From: Candidatus Latescibacterota bacterium
GTDB taxonomy: Bacteria > Latescibacterota > UBA2968 > UBA8231
Length of the DNA stretch: 64,000 nt
Assembly (NCBI GenBank): GCA_965206595.1
Contig: OZ242214.1
Span: 6,880,001 to 6,944,000, forward strand
Direction: 5' to 3'
In this document: piece by piece, positions 60,999 through 64,000 of the stretch
Position numbering within the stretch: the first letter of the stretch is position 1
How the letters are laid out: every line of letters begins with the position of its first letter
The notes under the pieces: model-generated
Database searches by the model: none
Told to the model about the DNA's origin: nothing
What the model saw: only the letters and a program-made list of their open reading frames with translations
Position numbers and translations under genes: made by a program

Positions 60999-62766
60999 CT
61001 CCCTCGTAGAAACCCGGTTTCCGCGGGTAAGAATTGGCACCCAAAGCTAAAGTTTTCAACTATGAAACGAATCCGGAATGCGCTGCCATGAAGCTGCCTT
61101 CGGGCGCTATCGGCGCAGGGGCCCGATCCAAGACTTCAAGGGCCTTTTTCGGCGCCGAAAGGGACCTCCGTTCCCTTTTTCAGCCCATCGCCGGAACTAT
61201 GGCTTCGGGTTTGGGCGTAAGCGCCCGCACCATTCTCTTGATATTGCAGGCCAGCGCTTTGAGGTAGACGGCCAACTCCACGCGCCAACGCCCGCGCACG
61301 CGCAGGGCGCCCAGCCCGTGTCTTCGTTTCAGTTCCGAGACCGTGGCCTCGATGCCGGCGCGAATGCGATAGCGCTCCCGGAAGGCGCCGCTGGCGATGG
61401 CGCGACGGCGACGTTCGAGGTTGACGGCTTTCAGGTCCACGGTCACGGCGTAGCCGTCCCGGGTCCTGTTCCGTTTCACCGGACAGACGAAAAGCAGGGC
61501 GCAGGTCTCACAGCCCTCGCGCTCGAAGGTCAGGGCCACATGATGGGACTTCTTCTCACACGGCGTTTGCTCTCTAGCCAAGTGTCCGGCCGGGCAGATG
61601 GCCGGATCCCGGAGACGGGCCTCGACGAGGAAGTCGGCCTCGGTCACCGTATCGGGCCGCTCCTCGACGTCGACCTGGGGGCCTTTGACCGGGTTGACCA
61701 ACTCGGTGCCGAGGCGTTCGGCGTGGATGGCATGGTCGCCGGAGCCGAAGGCGGTGTCGGCGACCAGCTCGTCGGGTCGCTGCCCGCGCTCTTCGAGAGC
61801 CTCCAGCACCGGCATCGTCGCGTGCTCGTCACTGGCGCAGGCAGCGGTCACCGCTACGTGGGTGATCCTGTTCACGGTGTCGGTCTGGTCGTTGTCGGTC
61901 TTGCCGTCGTCGGTCTTGTCGTCGGCCTTGTCGTCGTCGGCCTCGACGCAGGTCTCGGCGATCTGCACCTCATACCCTTTGCCCTTGCGGCCGTGGTAGG
62001 TGGCCTCGGCATCATGAGGGCTTTGCAGCGAGTCGCTGCCGACGTGCTCAGGCGCCTTCAGCGCCACCGGCACGCCGCCTTCGCCGGCGTCGTCGTCCTC
62101 GGTCGAGGGGCGCTGCTTGTCCGCGACCACGTCGCACTGCTCCCACAGCAGGCGCTGCAACAGCGCCCAGGACTCCAAGCCCTCGGCCGCCGTGCCCGCA
62201 CACAGCTGATGGAGACGATACAAATCGCGGGCGCACACCGGCAACCGCCTCTTGCCCGTGCCGGAGGGCGCGTCCTGGTAGGCCGTGGCGCTGCCGTCCT
62301 CCTTCAGGTAGCGCTCGCGCAGGCGCTTCGACACCCGCCCGTACAGGCGCGGATGCTCCGCGGCCAGGGTCTTCAGAAAGTGACGGAGGGTCTCACAGAA
62401 CAGCCCCAGACGCGACAACACCGCGATGTTGCTGAGCACATGGGTGGAGTCCAGACGTTGCCGGGTGACCTTCGTACCCAGCGCTTGGAGAATGCCATCC
62501 GTAGTCGCCTCGAAGGCCTGCCGGCCGCGGTCATGGGCCAGCAAGCCAGCGCGGAAGTTGTGCAGCGTCAGGACGTTGTTAGTCCTCGTCTTCTGCGCCA
62601 GGTGGGCCTCGTCCGGGGTCAGCTCCAGGGCGTGCTGCCACAACAGGCTGAACTCCAGCTGCTCCAGCGCCTCGACGTCGGTCAGCGCAAACATCTCCTT
62701 GAGCAGAAGCACGCCCAAGACCGTCGCCACCGGCTGGTTGGGACGACCGTTGTCGTCGCAATACAA
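60995..62766 (-). mobile_element. IS1182/IS5-like element; transposase 61180..62766 interrupted at its 5' end
   Basis: 'NGRPN', 'QRLDSTH', 'QSPHDAEATY..RKGKGY', 'ADTAFGS', 'YRIRAGIEATVSELKR'; probable terminus TTGACTCCCTCGTAGAAA at 60995-61012. Confidence 0.8.
62566..62590. other. 17-bp inverted-repeat-bounded insert with 4-bp direct repeat (transposon footprint)
   Basis: CGTC-AGGAC-gttgtta-GTCCT-CGTC; adds 7 in-frame codons to the transposase. Confidence 0.65.
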
Positions 62767-64000
62767 GGGGTGTCTTAGCTGATTGTTACGGTTTCGGTGG
62801 TTGTTTTCAGGTTTTCTCGGTACTGCTGAAAGACCCGGTCAAGCGTTCCATTGTACAAGGCGCAGCGCAGGGCCAGAATGGCGTTGCTGTTTTCCTTATA
62901 CCACCAAGCGCCCGACCGTTTCAGACGAACATGGCCGATGAAGCGATGCGCCGATTCGATCGCCCCCGACCCGATCGGGTATCCCCCCTTGCGATGGCTG
63001 CCGAAATCGACTTGGTGCAGTCGCTTTTGCAGGTAGGTCAAGGCCGTGCCGATGGCCTCTCCGGCCTCTTCCGAGAGCGGCTGCATGCGCTGCAGCCCCC
63101 AGACCACGCCGGTGCCCTCGCCGCAGAACAGGCAAAGCCAAGGTCGCTTCCAGCCAATGGGCAGCACGCGCCGCATCGGCGCCGTATTGGGCCTCGGCCA
63201 CCGCGTGCAGGTAGCGGCTGCAATGGGAGTAGTCGAGGATCTGACGGGCGCCGGGGAACAGCTCTTCCACCCCCTTCCAGATCCACGGAGCGCCATCTCC
63301 GATGGCACACAAGCGCACCTGATCCTCCGGGATCAGCCCCGCCTCCTTGACCTGGCGCAAGGCCGCGCCGAAGGCCTGTTCGTTGCCCATCTGGTGCCAG
63401 GAGATCAGCTGCTCGATGCGCTCATCGTCTATCAGGTAGAAGCGAAAGCCCTTGGCTTCGTGGTATTCCCCCTGCCAACGCCTTCGCCGAGACCGGCTCT
63501 TCTTGCGTCCGGGACGGGTGCCTTTGGCGGTCTGGGGACGACGGGGCACGTCGGCCTTAGTCGATGGCCAACACCACGATGGGCCGCCACTTGCGACCGG
63601 CGGCGGCGTGCGCAATGCGATCCTGGATGTCGGCCGCGTCCGGACACACCTGCAGCACGTCCAACGACCCGGTCTGTTGCAGCACCTCGTGAATCACACA
63701 ATCGCTCATCGACGCGTCGGTGAGCTCGTCCAACAGTTCGGCGGCGCGCCGGTGGGGCATCTCCAGCCCCAGCTTGACCCCGGCCTGCTGCACGTCCCAC
63801 TGCTTGCGCTGCGCCGACAGACCGAGAGCTTCGTCCAGCGGATAGAACCCGTACTGACAGCCAACGCAGTAGAAATAGGGACGCTCCAAGGTCACCGGCC
63901 CGAGCAGCGTCTCCTGCGTGCGCGAGCGAGACGGGCGCGCTCGCAGCAGGCCTTTGCACTTGGGGCAGGCCGCCTCTTCCTGGGCCAGGAAATGGCCGTG
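62767..64000 (-). mobile_element. ISKra4-like element (partial, runs off the window); transposase disrupted at about 63135 and 63558
   Basis: 'RPYFYC..C..GFYPLDE.LGL', 'VLAID', 'IGDGAPWIW', 'ILDYSH', 'IGSGAIES', 'RLKRSGAWW'; end GGGGTGTCTT next to the IS1182-like CDS. Confidence 0.85.

Noticed and set aside
61880-61945. Degenerate Asp/Lys-rich repeats (ADDDKADDKTDDGKTD) in the transposase
   Set aside because: Low-complexity slippage in a probable loop; no evidence of function.

Overview
GC-rich bacterial window. Three PhyH dioxygenases, a WD40+FlgD/T9SS-type secreted protein and a DUF6785 membrane protein suggest a sponge-symbiont-type Latescibacterota/Gemmatimonadota/Poribacteria-like genome (inference). 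Housekeeping or metabolic genes alternate with three defence/mobile patches. (1) About 1.9-10.8 kb: an Azaca-like hypothetical+PLD+SNF2 operon, higA, and a low-GC beta-repeat/GYP-repeat + HEPN pair. (2) About 13.3-33.9 kb: a Type III-like res...mod locus packed with TA and defence cargo. The mod 5' end occurs twice and the mod 3' end three times, each time next to different cargo, and the mod TRD is low-GC and flanked by mirror-image G-rich and C-rich codon skew. (3) About 55.3-64 kb: orphan antitoxins, RloAB/AbiL-like genes, ParA and three nested IS elements. Many toxins are deleted while their antitoxins remain, and there are several chimeric junctions. Several 1-nt homopolymer frameshifts may be sequencing errors. 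No rRNA, tRNA, CRISPR array, integrase or reverse transcriptase was seen. All family assignments come from motif recognition by eye, not from database searches.
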